Positions 13,601 through 26,579 are shown, counted from the stretch's first letter. The stretch is 64,000 nucleotides of DNA from Chrysomallon squamiferum (GCA_012295275.1 CM022665.1:23436001-23500000); one strand, 5' to 3'. The notes: a model not told the origin generated them from the sequence alone. Numbers and translations are program-made.

Positions 13601-14060
13601 TATCATATTAAATCATAATATTACTGATTAAAATTATTTTGCTTTGAATCCGATATATTTTCACAGAAACATATTTAATAATTAAAACTTGGTTGTATAA
13701 AAAAATAGCATTTGTAAATCGTTTTCTTTACTTTTCGTAGAAGCCAAGTTTAAATGTTTTTTAATGTTATTATTTAATGTTTTAGGCATGCACAAAAAAT
13801 CAAGCGAAGCGTCACATTCCTTACAAGAAAACTGTTCCCAGGACGACAGCCACGACGAAAGCGGGGATGACTGCAGCAACACTACAAAAGAGCCGCCGAA
13901 GTCCAAAGATTTTCGCATTGAAAGCATTGCAACATTAAGGGCTAAGGCCCTGGAACACAGCAATAAGTTGCTTGAAACATTCACTAGCAACAAAGATAAG
14001 GTTAATATTAAAAGTCAAGACTCGTCACCTAGCAAGCCAAAATCAGACTTCATTTCATGA
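5120..14060 (+). CDS. Vsx: Vsx/Chx10-family homeobox gene A, spliced CDS join(5120..5501,6119..6212,9340..9463,13142..13322,13786..14060), 351 aa
   Basis: Five exons with GT-AG boundaries join in frame (382+94+124+181+275=1056 nt). Protein has eh1-like [10 protein letters not shown]50 homeodomain [63 protein letters not shown] domain [39 protein letters not shown] and OAR-like [13 protein letters not shown]. Confidence 0.93.
5800..6085. repeat. Compound (TA/CA/TACA)n low-complexity tract in gene A intron 1
   Basis: Directly visible; source of the H/T/Y/I-rich spurious ORFs. Confidence 0.9.
6119..6212 (+). CDS. Vsx: Vsx gene A exon 2 ([32 protein letters not shown]), basic NLS and homeodomain N-terminal arm
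   Basis: Acceptor TTTTAG|GT at 6118/6119 and donor AG|GTAATT at 6212/6213; phases match flanking exons. Too short for the ORF track. Confidence 0.88.
7794..7885. repeat. (GA)n microsatellite
   Basis: Directly visible. Confidence 0.97.
9340..9463 (+). CDS. Vsx: Vsx gene A exon 3, homeodomain helices 1-2 ([20 protein letters not shown])
   Basis: Acceptor GACAG|A and donor CAG|GTGAGT; 124 nt; translation matches the Vsx homeodomain. Not in the ORF track. Confidence 0.96.
9596..10371 (+). repeat. Dispersed direct duplication of about 105 bp (9596-9702 and 10264-10371) in gene A intron 3
   Basis: Both copies contain AAAATAAAATTATTACAGTAATGTTCTAAATAAT..TTAACAAG..TTATGCGTATA..AAAGAAAAAA with scattered substitutions. 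Confidence 0.85.
13142..13322 (+). CDS. Vsx: Vsx gene A exon 4, recognition helix and CVC domain
   Basis: Acceptor TGCAG|GTT and donor A|GTAAGT; 181 nt; [60 protein letters not shown]. Confidence 0.97.
13786..14060 (+). CDS. Vsx: Vsx gene A exon 5, end of CVC and OAR motif
   Basis: Acceptor TTTTAG|GC; (S)[26 protein letters not shown]..; stop TGA at 14058-14060. Confidence 0.94.
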
Positions 14061-14807
14061 CAGAAGATTTAGCTGTTTTGCTTCAATCTGAATACAGTTC
14101 TTATTATTTCTCTGGCTATTATTATCTTATATATATATACACACACACATATATATCTATATGGAAATTTCTTTATTACATTATCGCTGTGTTACTTGAA
14201 TCAAGTATTATTAGTAATTATTACAGCAATAAGCTTTTATTTACTAAATATATACTCAGTGGAACTGCTGAAATTTATTATTTTTATTAATCAAGAAATA
14301 GAAAGAAAGACCATTTCACCACTTAGTTACAAATCAAATTTAAGAAGTGAATGTATGATAGAAGTGTTTACTTTTATATTTCTAATCGATTATTATGTAG
14401 AAATGGTATGATCCAGTAATCTTTTTATTTGATTTATGCAATTAGCATTCGATTATATTTAAATTATGCTTTGTTAATAGTATGTTAGTTTTTGACTAAA
14501 ACGAAGTTCTATAGAGAAAATATATATTTTGACAGAACGAAATGTTTTAATTTATTATATCACATTTAACGATCAACAACAACAGTAATAAAGAAAATGT
14601 GCATGTAATTTAGTAATTTCATATATGTAGACACATACAAACACACCTAATATTTTAAATCGTAGCAAATTAAAAGCTTTTTTATGGTGTGACATTATTA
14701 CTTATGCTTTTTTACATCCAGTCCATGATGTTCTTTGAATCATATTGATTATATTGGACAATGCGATATAAAGGTATATTCAGTAATTTATTCCAGGTTA
14801 TATATAT

Positions 14808-14809
<2 letters not shown>

Positions 14810-14870
<61 letters not shown>
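14810..14870. repeat. (GT)n microsatellite
   Basis: Directly visible. Confidence 0.97.
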
Positions 14871-14877
<7 letters not shown>

Positions 14878-17070
14878 ATGCGTGTAAATGATCTATGAAG
14901 TTTGTTGTATAGTCAGTCATTTGATATAGTTGCTTATTAAATGTTTCATGTATACTAATTAAACAAGACATTATGGTGATATATTTTTCCCTTCAGTTTT
15001 CTTTTTTTTATTATTTATTTAAATTATTTCCCTTACAACTGATTATTAAATAAAATATGCATTTATGTGTGTTATTTACAGTGTGTTCAAATACAGCTGA
15101 TCCGAAAACAAATACGCGTATGTATATAAAATTATATTAAAAATACTTGGGAAAAGTTTATGAATGCTAGTTTTAAAAAAAATATTATGTTATATATATA
15201 TAAATGTTTAATATATGGAATTTTCTTTTATTTATTTTGTATAGTTGGGTAAATAAAAACTAATATTTCAATAACTATTTTGTTAAAACTATTTACGTTG
15301 GTTTCATTTACTTTTAATTCGCTCTAATTAAGGACAAGAAAATATAAAAAGAATGATTCAGAAATTATCACCAGCAACAAAACACTGTTCAAACAAAGAC
15401 AAAATGAACTGCAAAGAAGAACAACAGCATCAGAGGTTGCGTTCTGGTTATATATTATTAAACCATAATTAAATAAGTTATGTTATTTAATCATTTTTGT
15501 TTATAAAAGAAGAAGAAAACAGGTATATCTAGTGAGCCTTTCGGTATTTTATATAAATTACTGCTAGAGAGAAAAGACAAGAACAGCACCAATAACAACA
15601 ATAAAAACAATAAAACGCAGTGATCGGTAAAACAGCAATAAGAAAAGGTGAAGTAGATGAGAGTGACACTGAAAAAGGCGAAAGACTGAGTCTTATTTTC
15701 TTCGATGCTCCCAAGTAATTATTTAGGACCGTTACATTTACTGAAACTTCATTAACATCATAATGAACACAACAGCAACAACAATGATGAATAGTATGTT
15801 ATAAATGATGTCGTCGTCGTTGTTATTGTTCTTATATTATTACTAATAAATAAATAAATAAATAAATAAACAAACAGAATTTAAAAAAATAAAAAAATTT
15901 TTTTAAAAATCTGATGAAAAAGCAATAAAATAAATGATATAATAAACTCTACAAATGCACACAAACCCGCCAGGGCAAACACTGTTTAATCAGGAGCTAT
16001 TAAACAATGCGATTATCTCTGTAAGCAACTTCCATGTGTTTATATAATACAAAAACATGATGATAATAATAATGAAGATGGTTGTGGTGGTGTTGATGAT
16101 GATGATGATGATGATGATGATAATAATGATGATGTGAAATCGGGACGTTTTATGATATGCCTAAAGACCACGATGATGACGAAAATGTTGAACAAACATT
16201 ATTTAATTACCATTTGCCTATTTTCTTTTTACATGTTTATTTTCCTGAAGCAATCTCAAATAAGGTGATTTTTGTTTCATCTTGTTTAAATAAACTGTAT
16301 GATCAAACAACAATACACGATCAAATGTTAAAATTACCTCTATTTGAATTTGACCTTTGTTATGGCAATTGCTGTTCTAAAGCAGACTTGGAAGAAGAAA
16401 AAATGGTCAAAAAAGAATAATGAAAGAATTTAAGAAGTAAAAAAAAACTGAAATAAAAGGAACTGAAAAAGAAAAAGAAAAAGGAACTGGAGGTTATGAA
16501 AAGAAAAGGAGAGAAAATAAACAAAATATTTTTGAAAACAAAAAACTGCATTTTTAAAGCTGACAGACTACATGTATTAACAATATTATTGCTACTTATT
16601 TTTTTCTTCTTCACTGAATTTGGACAGAAAATTTTATTTTAATGAAATTAAAGGAATTGACGTAAATTGAAGTATAGTATCGTTTGAAATAAAACAAAAA
16701 AAAAAAAAATAATAATAATAAAACCGTAAGAAAGTAAAGCTTAAAGAAAAAACGACTGAAAGAAAGGAACAAAAGAAGGAGACCATTTCACAATACTATT
16801 TCTCTATCCTACTCTTGGGTGACTATCCAAAAACAAACATAAAAATGGCGCCCTCGGCTCGCTCGTGACAAACTGTGGAATAATATCCGAAACGAATGAC
16901 TGTGATTTTAGTGAGATAAATTTCGACACTCTGTTGTCATTGACACCAGTGACAAAGGGTCTGACAGTCTTGTTGCAGCATGCTTTGTATTCCAATTAGC
17001 ACCAACTAAATGTCACAGATACAATACTTGCTCAGGGTCTTCCGTATTCATCTCCTTTGCAGAAATCCAT

Positions 17071-17355
17071 ACCGGACTATCGCTCAGGGCTTTACCGATA
17101 CTATCGGTACCGAAGATAGACATTTCAAATTCTTTCATTCGTTCAAACTGCGTACACGGTACATGAGATAAAATAAAAAAACCGAACCGGACTATCGCTC
17201 AGGGCTTTACCAATACTATCAGTACCGAAGACATAAATTTCAAATTCGTTCATTCTCTCAAACCATGTAAAACGTACATGAGATAAAATAAAAAACCGAA
17301 CCGGACTATCGCTCAGGGCTTTACTAAAACAATCGTTACAGAAAATACAAATTTC
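17071..17355 (+). repeat. Minisatellite with a ~115-bp unit, about 2.5 copies
   Basis: Identical 25-mer ACCGGACTATCGCTCAGGGCTTTAC at 17071, 17186 and 17300; the intervening sequences are homologous to each other. Confidence 0.92.
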
Positions 17356-17677
17356 GAGTTATATTATTTTCTCAAATTAATTAAACAGTACCTGGAAATA
17401 AAATGTAACAGAACACAAAGGTAGTAAGTATTGGTTGATTAAGACAGAAAACACGGCAACAGAAACAACGGGAGCATGGTTCTGATAATGACCATAATAG
17501 TGATAATGATGATTTAAAGGTATAAAAACAGTAATACATATTACAAAAAATATGAAGACAAATAAAGAGATAAATGAAATTTCAAATAATATATACACAC
17601 ATGTGTATGTATAAAATTATAAATAAAAAACGCCAACAGCTAACTGGTAAATAAATAAAGCAAAGCAAAACTATGAA

Positions 17678-18207
17678 TTAAACTAAACTAAACTAAACTA
17701 AACTAAATTAAACTAAATTAAACTAAACTAAACTAAACTAAACTAAACTAAACTAAACTAAACTAAACTGAACTACACTGAACTACACTAAATAAACTAG
17801 ACTACATTAGACTATACTACATTAAACTAAACTAAACTAGACCATACTACACTACACTGAACTAAACTAAACTAAACTAAACTAAACTAAACTAAACTAA
17901 ACTAAACTAAACTAAACTAAACTAAACTAAACTAAACTAAACTAAACTAAACTAAACTAAACTAAACTAAACTAAACTAAACTAAACTAAACTAAACTAA
18001 ACTAAACTAAACTAAACTAAACTAAACTAAACTAAACTAAACTAAACTAAACTAAACTAAACTAAACTAAACTAAAAAACTAAACTAAACTAAACTAAAC
18101 TAAACTAAACTAAACTAAACTAAACTAAACTAAATTAAACTAAACTAAACTAAACTAAACTAAACTGAACTACACTGAACTAAACTAAACTAAATTAAAC
18201 TAAACTA

Positions 18208-18238
<31 letters not shown>

Positions 18239-18690
18239 CTCAATAAAACTAAACTAAACTAAACTAAATTAAACTAAACTAAATAAAACTAAACTAAACT
18301 AAACTAAATTAAACTAAACTAAACTAAATTAAACTAAACTAAATAAAACTAAACTAAACTAAACTAAACTGAACTAAACTAAATTAAACTGAACTACACT
18401 GAACTACACTGAACTACACTAAATAAACTAGACTACATTAGACTATACTACATTAAACTAAACTAAACTAGACCATACTACACTACACTACACTGAGCTC
18501 AACTAAACTAGACTACACTAGACTATACTAGACTACACTAAATTAAACTAAACTACATTGAACTACACTGAACTAAACTAGACTACACTTAACCAAACTA
18601 CACTAAACTAGACTAAAACTAAAATAAAAACTAAAATTAAAACTAAAACTAAAACTAAAACTAAATTAAACTAAATTAAACTAAGCTAAA
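17678..18690 (+). repeat. About 1 kb (AAACT)n pentanucleotide satellite with variant units, grading into (AAAACT)n
   Basis: Directly visible; variant units ACACT, AGACT, GAACT and AAATT. Confidence 0.97.
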
Positions 18691-21488
18691 TAAATGAATA
18701 GATACATAAATAAATAAATAAAATGACCTAGTATAACTAATCATCAAATGCTTTCATGTCTCTATCTCGCCGGCACGTTATAATTAGATTGTATAAATCA
18801 TGTTTTCCCGTATGTCATCAAAGTTCTGCACGAAATAAAACATATCTAGACTCGTATAAAAAAAAAAAAAAAAAAAACACACGTAGTCGTGGATTTAAAA
18901 TAACGAGCTGCTATGGTTAAGAAATGATTCTTCTCGTTAGCTGACTAATTAGAACAAACAACCCAATTTGGGAATAATAAAAGAAAAGAAAGGATTTAAT
19001 TAGGATGGCATACGTACGTAATAAAATATTCCTTGTGAGGACATTAAAGGTTAAATGTGGTTAACAATCCTAATTATCAGACGTCCGGGTAAATTGCAAC
19101 TATATTTTGTAACATTAAGCATAATGATCATTATTCTCGATGATAAATTATAATGGCATGCTTTGTCAAGAAATTCTACTTTCTAATTGTGTAAAACTAG
19201 CACTGTTCTATTTTTAATTTTTTAAATTGTATTTATTATTATTATTATTATTATATTTTTTTATTATTATTATTATTTATTTTTTAATTTACATTTTGGT
19301 TTGTTTGCTTGTTTTTTCTTTTTAATTTATGAAAAACAACTAATAAACAATATTAAAAGGAAGTATGGAAGAAGAAGCAGAAGAAGCAGTGTCAGTAGAA
19401 GTAGTCGTAGCAGTAATAGTAGAAGATGTAGTAATAGCAGTTGTTGTTTTTGTTATTCGGTATTTTGTTTTTAGGGGTGTTTGTTTTTGTTTTTGTTTTT
19501 GTTTTGTTGTTGGTTTCTGGTTGTGGTGCTATTAGTGTCAGTGATGTTTTAGGGCACCACTGAGTTTCAGTTAAATAACACCAACAAATTGAATCTTTAT
19601 ATTTGTATATAAAGACTTTAGTAATAAACATTTGTGCATCCATAAAGTTTTAAATATTATATCGAAATATAGAAATATTACTTTTACTTTTGATGCATTG
19701 ATTCTATTTCAACAGAAAAATGATTCTCCAGTCGAATTAATATTTTAATTAATTCTTTTTCACGTAATTATTTCACTAAAAGATATAATAACTAATGTTT
19801 ACAATGAAAACTGTTTAAAAATTATTTAATAAGTTGTACATCTCGAGAACAAAGCAAGTGGAGTTTTAATTTTGTAATTACTAGTTATTCAATGCGGTCT
19901 TGCGTTTTCAACCGTCATTACTGAACATCTCTTAACGTCAACCTTCGGCATAATGAGGAGCTCGGATCTGACGTTCAAATACAACCGTTCCGAGTTGTCC
20001 CCCCTTGTCGTTTACAAAATCCAGCGTTACGGCACGTCCTGCCTTACGCTGGAGTGATTACTCGGGTTGCATTAGGTCTTCGCTGGCGTAATTGACAGCA
20101 ACCCAAGTCGCATCATAGGCTCAAGCACGTTTCCGACTAGGTTAGAAGACCCTAGGCCCAATTAAAACTATTAGCCCCTTGCGAAAAATAAAAATTTATC
20201 GTATATCTTCCGTACTGCTGGATTCTCCTAATTGAGACCCGTGCCGTAGGCGACGCGTGCGCATCGCGCTAATCAGGGTGTAATTACCTCATCTCTGATG
20301 TGCAATGTATTTCCTCATTGTTATTATTGTCATTCAGGCTTAGAGAAGATTCATTGACAAATGGCGCGAAAATTATGGAAGGACTAACTATGGCTTATTT
20401 TCAATATTTTTCCAACTAATTACTGGAAAAAGTGACTTTTAAAATATGAAAGCGATCAAAGCTCCGCGGTACAAAAGAAGATTGGGATTTTAGGGGCTAG
20501 GAAAGTCCCTTGTTGCGATGAACCCCGATGGATGTTAGTTTGCCTAAGTTGTCTATGTTGTCAATCTCTAATGAGGTATGAAAAATTAACGAGATTGTCA
20601 AGACCCAAGGTAGCATTTACTGAATTAACTAACAACTGTTCGCGGGGCTGCTGCCGCATGGAACAAAAATAAAGTTTGTTCAAGCTGTGTTCCTTGCCGC
20701 ATCCCCGGAGCAAAAGCTCGTAGAGAAAACGCCGACAACGCGCACGGCGCTGGTTTGTTCTTTCATGCTCGTTACATTGGAAAATTAGGCCCCCGAGGAG
20801 AGGCAAGGGCGGCGGGGCATTAGAGTCTTGGGGTCGGGCTAAAGAAGTGGGGTCAACAGCCATTCAATTTCCTTAATGTTCTGCAAACAAAGCGACACCG
20901 TTTGGATCCAGATTGCCGCATCCTGACAGAGCGGTGTTGAAAGAGAGCATTAGCGCTCACCTTCAGGGAATGTTTCATTGTCGGCGACAATCAGTCAGCG
21001 TGAAAAAAATTGCTGTGATTTACGGCACAGGGTTGCTGTGTTGTGTTTGTTGGAAAGGAAGCAAACCCGTCGATTATATTTAAAGTGACATGTCATTTTA
21101 GAAATTACTAACGACAAGTGATACTGTTTTGCTTGATAATGATTCCAGTAATTTTGACAGATTTGTTTTGACGTGTACAAGATGTTTGGTGAGAGACTAC
21201 GTAGTTACCAGCCTTTCCAATTAATGTTATTATAGCATTTAACCCAGCAATTTAGCTAAGTTACAGGCTATTGAAGTGCAATGGATAAACGTTTAAATAT
21301 TACCATAAGGTTAAAAAAAATAATAACAACATCTCCTGGCAGGCAATACACACAGAGTGTAATGATGCTACTTAAAATAGAATATTGCTAAATAGTCTCT
21401 ATAAATATACTGAAATAAATCAGCTTGAAGCAATTACACAACACACATAACCAACGATGTAAGTAGCTATTGGCTATTCAAATAATCC

Positions 21489-21540
21489 GCCATAGTGGCT
21501 TAGTGGTTAGACATCGGTCTAACGGGCGGTAGATATTAAT
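21489..21540 (+). mobile_element. Possible degenerate head of a tRNA-derived SINE
   Basis: Pol III A-box match TGGCTTAGTGG at 21496-21506 followed by TTAGA, as in a tRNA D-arm. No B-box and no cloverleaf. Confidence 0.3.
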
Positions 21541-22471
21541 ACCACACCGACCTTATTACTAATTACGAGTAAACTACGTGAATATTTCTCTCAAGTGTGT
21601 GCCACAGATATAGCATCTGAGCAGACAGATGCCGTGCCTATTACAGCCAAACTAAACGGATAATGTTAATAATAATTTAAGTTCTAGTTATCTCTAAGTG
21701 ATCTATATATAACCCACATAAATAAAATAAAATAAAATCATCATTATCTTCATCATCAACATCAACATCAACATCAACATCAACATCATCATCATCATCA
21801 TCATCATTCATTATTATTATTATTATTATTATTAAGATACAGTTTGGAAAAATTAGAAAGAGTAAATGTTAGATTAACCAGTAGTAAGTAGAAATAATTA
21901 GAAACTTAAGAGTTTTAACTGAATCCTTTCTAATGGAGGCAGTACTTACAACATACATGTTTTCTGATGTAGAGCTTACAAAATGATAAACACTTACACC
22001 CATCACCCAGGTAAACAGATTAGTAATATTGTTAGCATTAACAACACAATTTCAAATAACGTACACTACACGTTATACTTTCACTTTCATATAACTCTTT
22101 GGCAAGGTTTTTAGGTACATACGAACAGTGCCAGATGCTCACAGATGCAAACCATATCTATTTATAAAATTATACTGAATTTTTTTATTCTATAAAATCA
22201 AGTAAAGGGAAAAGAAAAGCAATGTTATCACGTCGACATCAAAACAAGCCATCATATTTATCAAAAATATAAAATAAAAAGTTACTTGGTAAAGTTTTAG
22301 ATATAACTGCATGGAAATGTTTAAATTAAATAATTAGACATAATTCTTATAGTACAATTTTATTTGTGTTACAGGATATCTATAATACTCTGATTACATA
22401 TCTTAATAAACCTCTTCTACATTTTTCAAACTTCACCGAAAAAGAAAATAGTAAGTAAATAAGTAACTAAG

Positions 22472-22515
<44 letters not shown>

Positions 22516-23544
22516 AGCTGAACAAAAGCCATGCCTTGATTTTCACAAATAATACTGCAAGCAAAAATAATCTATTAAATGTTTATACACGTTGCATTTA
22601 AGTGAATTTGCTAGCGTGTGGTATTTCGCAGAAATAAACGTTTCGGTTAAAAATGTTTAACAATATTTCAAGATATACTTCGGAGGTCGTCAAAACATGA
22701 CATAAGTGCAAAAGAGATGTAATTTTGGAAGAAAAAAGATGTATCTAAAGTTTACAAAGCTGTAATCATTATTCATTTAAAACAGACAAATCCGCTAAAA
22801 TAAAACAAGATGTTACATTATTCTTTCTTTCCTTATTACTTCTTTCTTTTTTCTTTCTTTCTTTCTTTCATTCATTCTTTCTTTCTTTTTTTCTTTCTTT
22901 CTTCAAGTAAACATTTTTCCAGAAGAAACAGACCGCCAGAGCAAACCAGAAGAAAAGTTGTTCTATATTTTCTTTAAATTGTATTCAATATTTTTTTACT
23001 TCCATCTTTTGTGAAGACTTCAATACGAAGCATTTTTTAAACAAACTAACTAAACTATCTTTGCCTCTGTAATTATAGTCAGTATTATTACAGGGTTTCT
23101 CTTCTTTAATGACAAAGAAGTTAACCTTTGAAAAACATAATAGGAGATTTTCAATTGTAATACCGTCTGGCTTGACCTGTTTTCTTCGAGTATTTCATTT
23201 TTTCTTTCTTTTTTTCTACGTATTTTAAAATGTTTATCTAGAAGCAATGAATAAATATTTTACTTTTTAACATTTAGGATATATAAGCATACTGATTAAA
23301 ACCGATTTAACACAACTTAATTGCGTTTAAAACCAAATTTAGCAACTGAAATAGTTTCAGTGGAATTTGAGAAAATTAGATAGTTTAATATTATTTGAAG
23401 CAGTAGAAAAAAACAACAAGGTGAAATTATTAAGAACATAATGATAATGGGCAAGAAATTTTAAAACAAAAATAGCTAATTTACTTTATGTTAAAAATTT
23501 ACTTTTCTCATAATTTAAATTTTTATATATTTTTATTAATTTTC

Positions 23545-23606
<62 letters not shown>

Positions 23607-23737
23607 TTGGTGTATTGACCTATTGTTAAATATTTTGATTACTAGTCGTAGACCAAAGAACTAAGTTAATATCTTCGAGGAAACAAGAAACAATCCTCAG
23701 TAATACAGAAAAAAAACCAATAAGAAGAAGAACTTAA

Positions 23738-23792
<55 letters not shown>

Positions 23793-26579
23793 TAAATAAA
23801 TTTATAATATCAGCGAGAAGGAAGTATACATTTCTGAGATTGTTTTAAAAAATACATATAAAAAATTGATACATTAAAAAGACCACCTCGGAGAAACTAG
23901 GAGTAGAAAAACAAAGAAAAAAAAATAAAATAAAAAAGAGAATAATGAAAGAAAAGAAATAATGAAATACATATAATAATTTTAAAAAAAAAAAGAAAAA
24001 AAAAAGTGCAAAGAGTGCAAAGAATGACTGAATGAACGAAACAGCAAAATGAAATAAGGATAATGCACAAAAGTACTAAAGTTTTAAAGCACATTATTAA
24101 GATATTTAAACAAATTTTAAACAAGAGCTGCGATTTTTTTGTGTGTTTCATCAACATTAGCTGATCAAATACTAACACAGACTTTCCTTACAGAAAAAAA
24201 AAAAAGTTAAAAATAAATAAAGTTTACAGAAAGTTAATATCTGTTTATTTACAAAACTGATTTTAATTGGTTGTTGTATTATGCATGCGTTATATATGTA
24301 AACGTACTCCCTCGCACACATACCCATACGTACGTACATGTATATTCAAAAGACTCGCATACACACGTAATTATTATCACACATACTGGAATCAACCCGA
24401 GTATTTGAGTTAACTCTTGACAGCGGATTGTCTGTCATGTAGAAAGTTCAGGTCATCGACACCCAGCATCTTTATTAGGTCCGTTAGTTAAAATTAGCTG
24501 CAACATTGCATGGTATTAAGAGTCAACTTGGTACGAACTTCTTTCTTTTCTTTTCTCGTTTTCTTTTCGCTCTGCCCTTTCCACATGTGGCCGCAAAAAT
24601 GTTAGTGAAAAGTGACAAGTAATTAAACAAACTTGTGCTAGAACTATGGAAAAAATTGTTCGTTTTAAGATACAAAAATAAAGGAACAAGTCTCAGATTT
24701 TGGAAACTGACGGCCAAAGATGTTGTCAAACCTAAGTAGCTCAATTTTCTGGCATTAGCGGCGCATGAAACTATCTCCCTTGACGATGATTGACGCGTCT
24801 TTGAGCTCTCACGTGCTCGGCGCGCATTGCCATCCCGACATCCCCTAGTGGGAGAATCTAACCGTGATCGGGTGGGCGGTATGAATGGCATTTTTAATTG
24901 GTGGGAACAGCGGCCAGGAAACCGAACACCGGGAGGGTTAGATCGCGAGTGTTTGTTCCTTTAGCCTCGGAGATCTAGCTCGCCTGGAGGAGAGCGCTGG
25001 TTAAGCCTTGATCATTTCTTTCCCAACACAGGTGCGAGAACAGCTGTGAGTAGACTGCTATCGAAACAAGTATTGTCAGGAGTGCACAGAAGTAAAAAAA
25101 TATATATATATAAAAAAATAGAAGACGTTTTGCCCATGATGTAAAAACATTGCTGTTTACTCGCGAAGAGCGGCTGGTGTTTGTAGAGGACAGGGTTATC
25201 GTATCTGTTTTCATTAACGTAAAGTAGCCGACACTTTGTTTTCGTATCTGAAAAGCCAAAATACACGAAACCTAATTTTATCGGGACCGTTCTTTGCAGA
25301 TCTGCAAGTCGTGGGTTGTCGCCACCTACGATTTCGTTTGCGGAGCTCGGTGTTAGGAAAATATAGAGAAATATTGTGTTACACGGTCGTTTTGCTAACA
25401 GATATTAAAACAAATCGCAGTTTAACTCTCAGCTGCTTCCCCCCTCCAACCAACAAGTAGCCTATGCTGATATCAGACCGGCAGCTTTTATACTGACAAC
25501 TTTATCATACAAATACAATATTTATTAACTTAATAGTGGATAAACGTTCATTATAACTATATTACACTTCTTCACCTTTAAAACTGCACATAGTTATTGT
25601 TGTTTTCCTATTATTTCAAATCAGAAATAAATATGTATGTATGTATGTATGTATATATGTATGGGTATGTGGGTGTACTTGTTTATGTATTCCATGTATT
25701 ACTGAATTCCATAATTTATTTAAATAATTCATGGTATTAATTTGCATTAGAACGGATTCAGTATTATCACCGCTAAACTGAAAACGGTTTGATGATTATA
25801 TTTAAACAAACAATAAAATTTATCTCATTTTGAAATACAGTCGATATAAATTCCACATTTTATTCCTTGAAAAATAATTATACATTTTGTCGGAGCATGG
25901 GGAAATACCTTTGTTAAATTTGGTATGTGTTGTTAATAACAAGTTTAGTTCAATTTTTATTTATTTACTGTTTTTTTATTTACTTTTTCTATATATCCTA
26001 AACACATTTTATTTTGAATGGTAGAAATCTTGGTAAGCAAATAGCAATAATTATGTTTTGAAGATTAGCTGCCAATGAAAGCGTTGTGCAAAGAGGTGTG
26101 AAATCTTTCATGTTTATAACACCACGACTTTCTTTAAGTAAATAATATCGTTACATTTCCATAGTAAAAGTGAAAAATAACTAGCCAGCAACCCCTACTG
26201 TCATCTTTAATGATTTCGTCAGCTATTACCCGTTTAGCAAGGTCCAAATTATCAAGGGTTGTTCACACGTTTTACAAACGCTGCAAAGACGGAGAGATCG
26301 TGTTCAAAAGCTCTCGCTGATTTTCGCAAAGCATCCTTTAGCATTCGTAGCCCAAGGGAGAGTTGTACATTGACTCACAAGCTGCTTTCAACTCTTTACT
26401 TCTTTTATCAACAAAATCACCTAAGTTTTCTTGAGAGTCAATTAACGCGGTATCAAAACAAACCCTCCAACTGTGCCAGTGCTATTTATCTTTTACATGT
26501 CAATAAGTAATTGACTTATTTGATTTGGAAGGCAAACAAGGTATACGACGTATTGAATAAAGTAAATCTGGCATATATT

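Noticed and set aside
13786-14060. Last coding exons of A and B are both exactly 275 nt
   Set aside because: The OAR motif sits 7 codons apart between them and the sequences are otherwise diverged, so this is probably coincidence.
17071-17355. CRISPR-like pattern of identical 25-mers at regular spacing
   Set aside because: The spacers are about 90 bp and homologous to each other, the context is eukaryotic, and there are no cas genes. It is a minisatellite.
20561-20863. 100-aa minus-strand ORF in the GC-rich island, and the 122-aa ORF at 24523..24891
   Set aside because: No recognisable domain, no convincing splice partners, and lengths are plausible by chance in GC-richer DNA.
21489-21560. 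Possible tRNA gene
   Set aside because: Only an A-box-like stretch is present, with no B-box/T-loop or acceptor stem. At most a SINE remnant.
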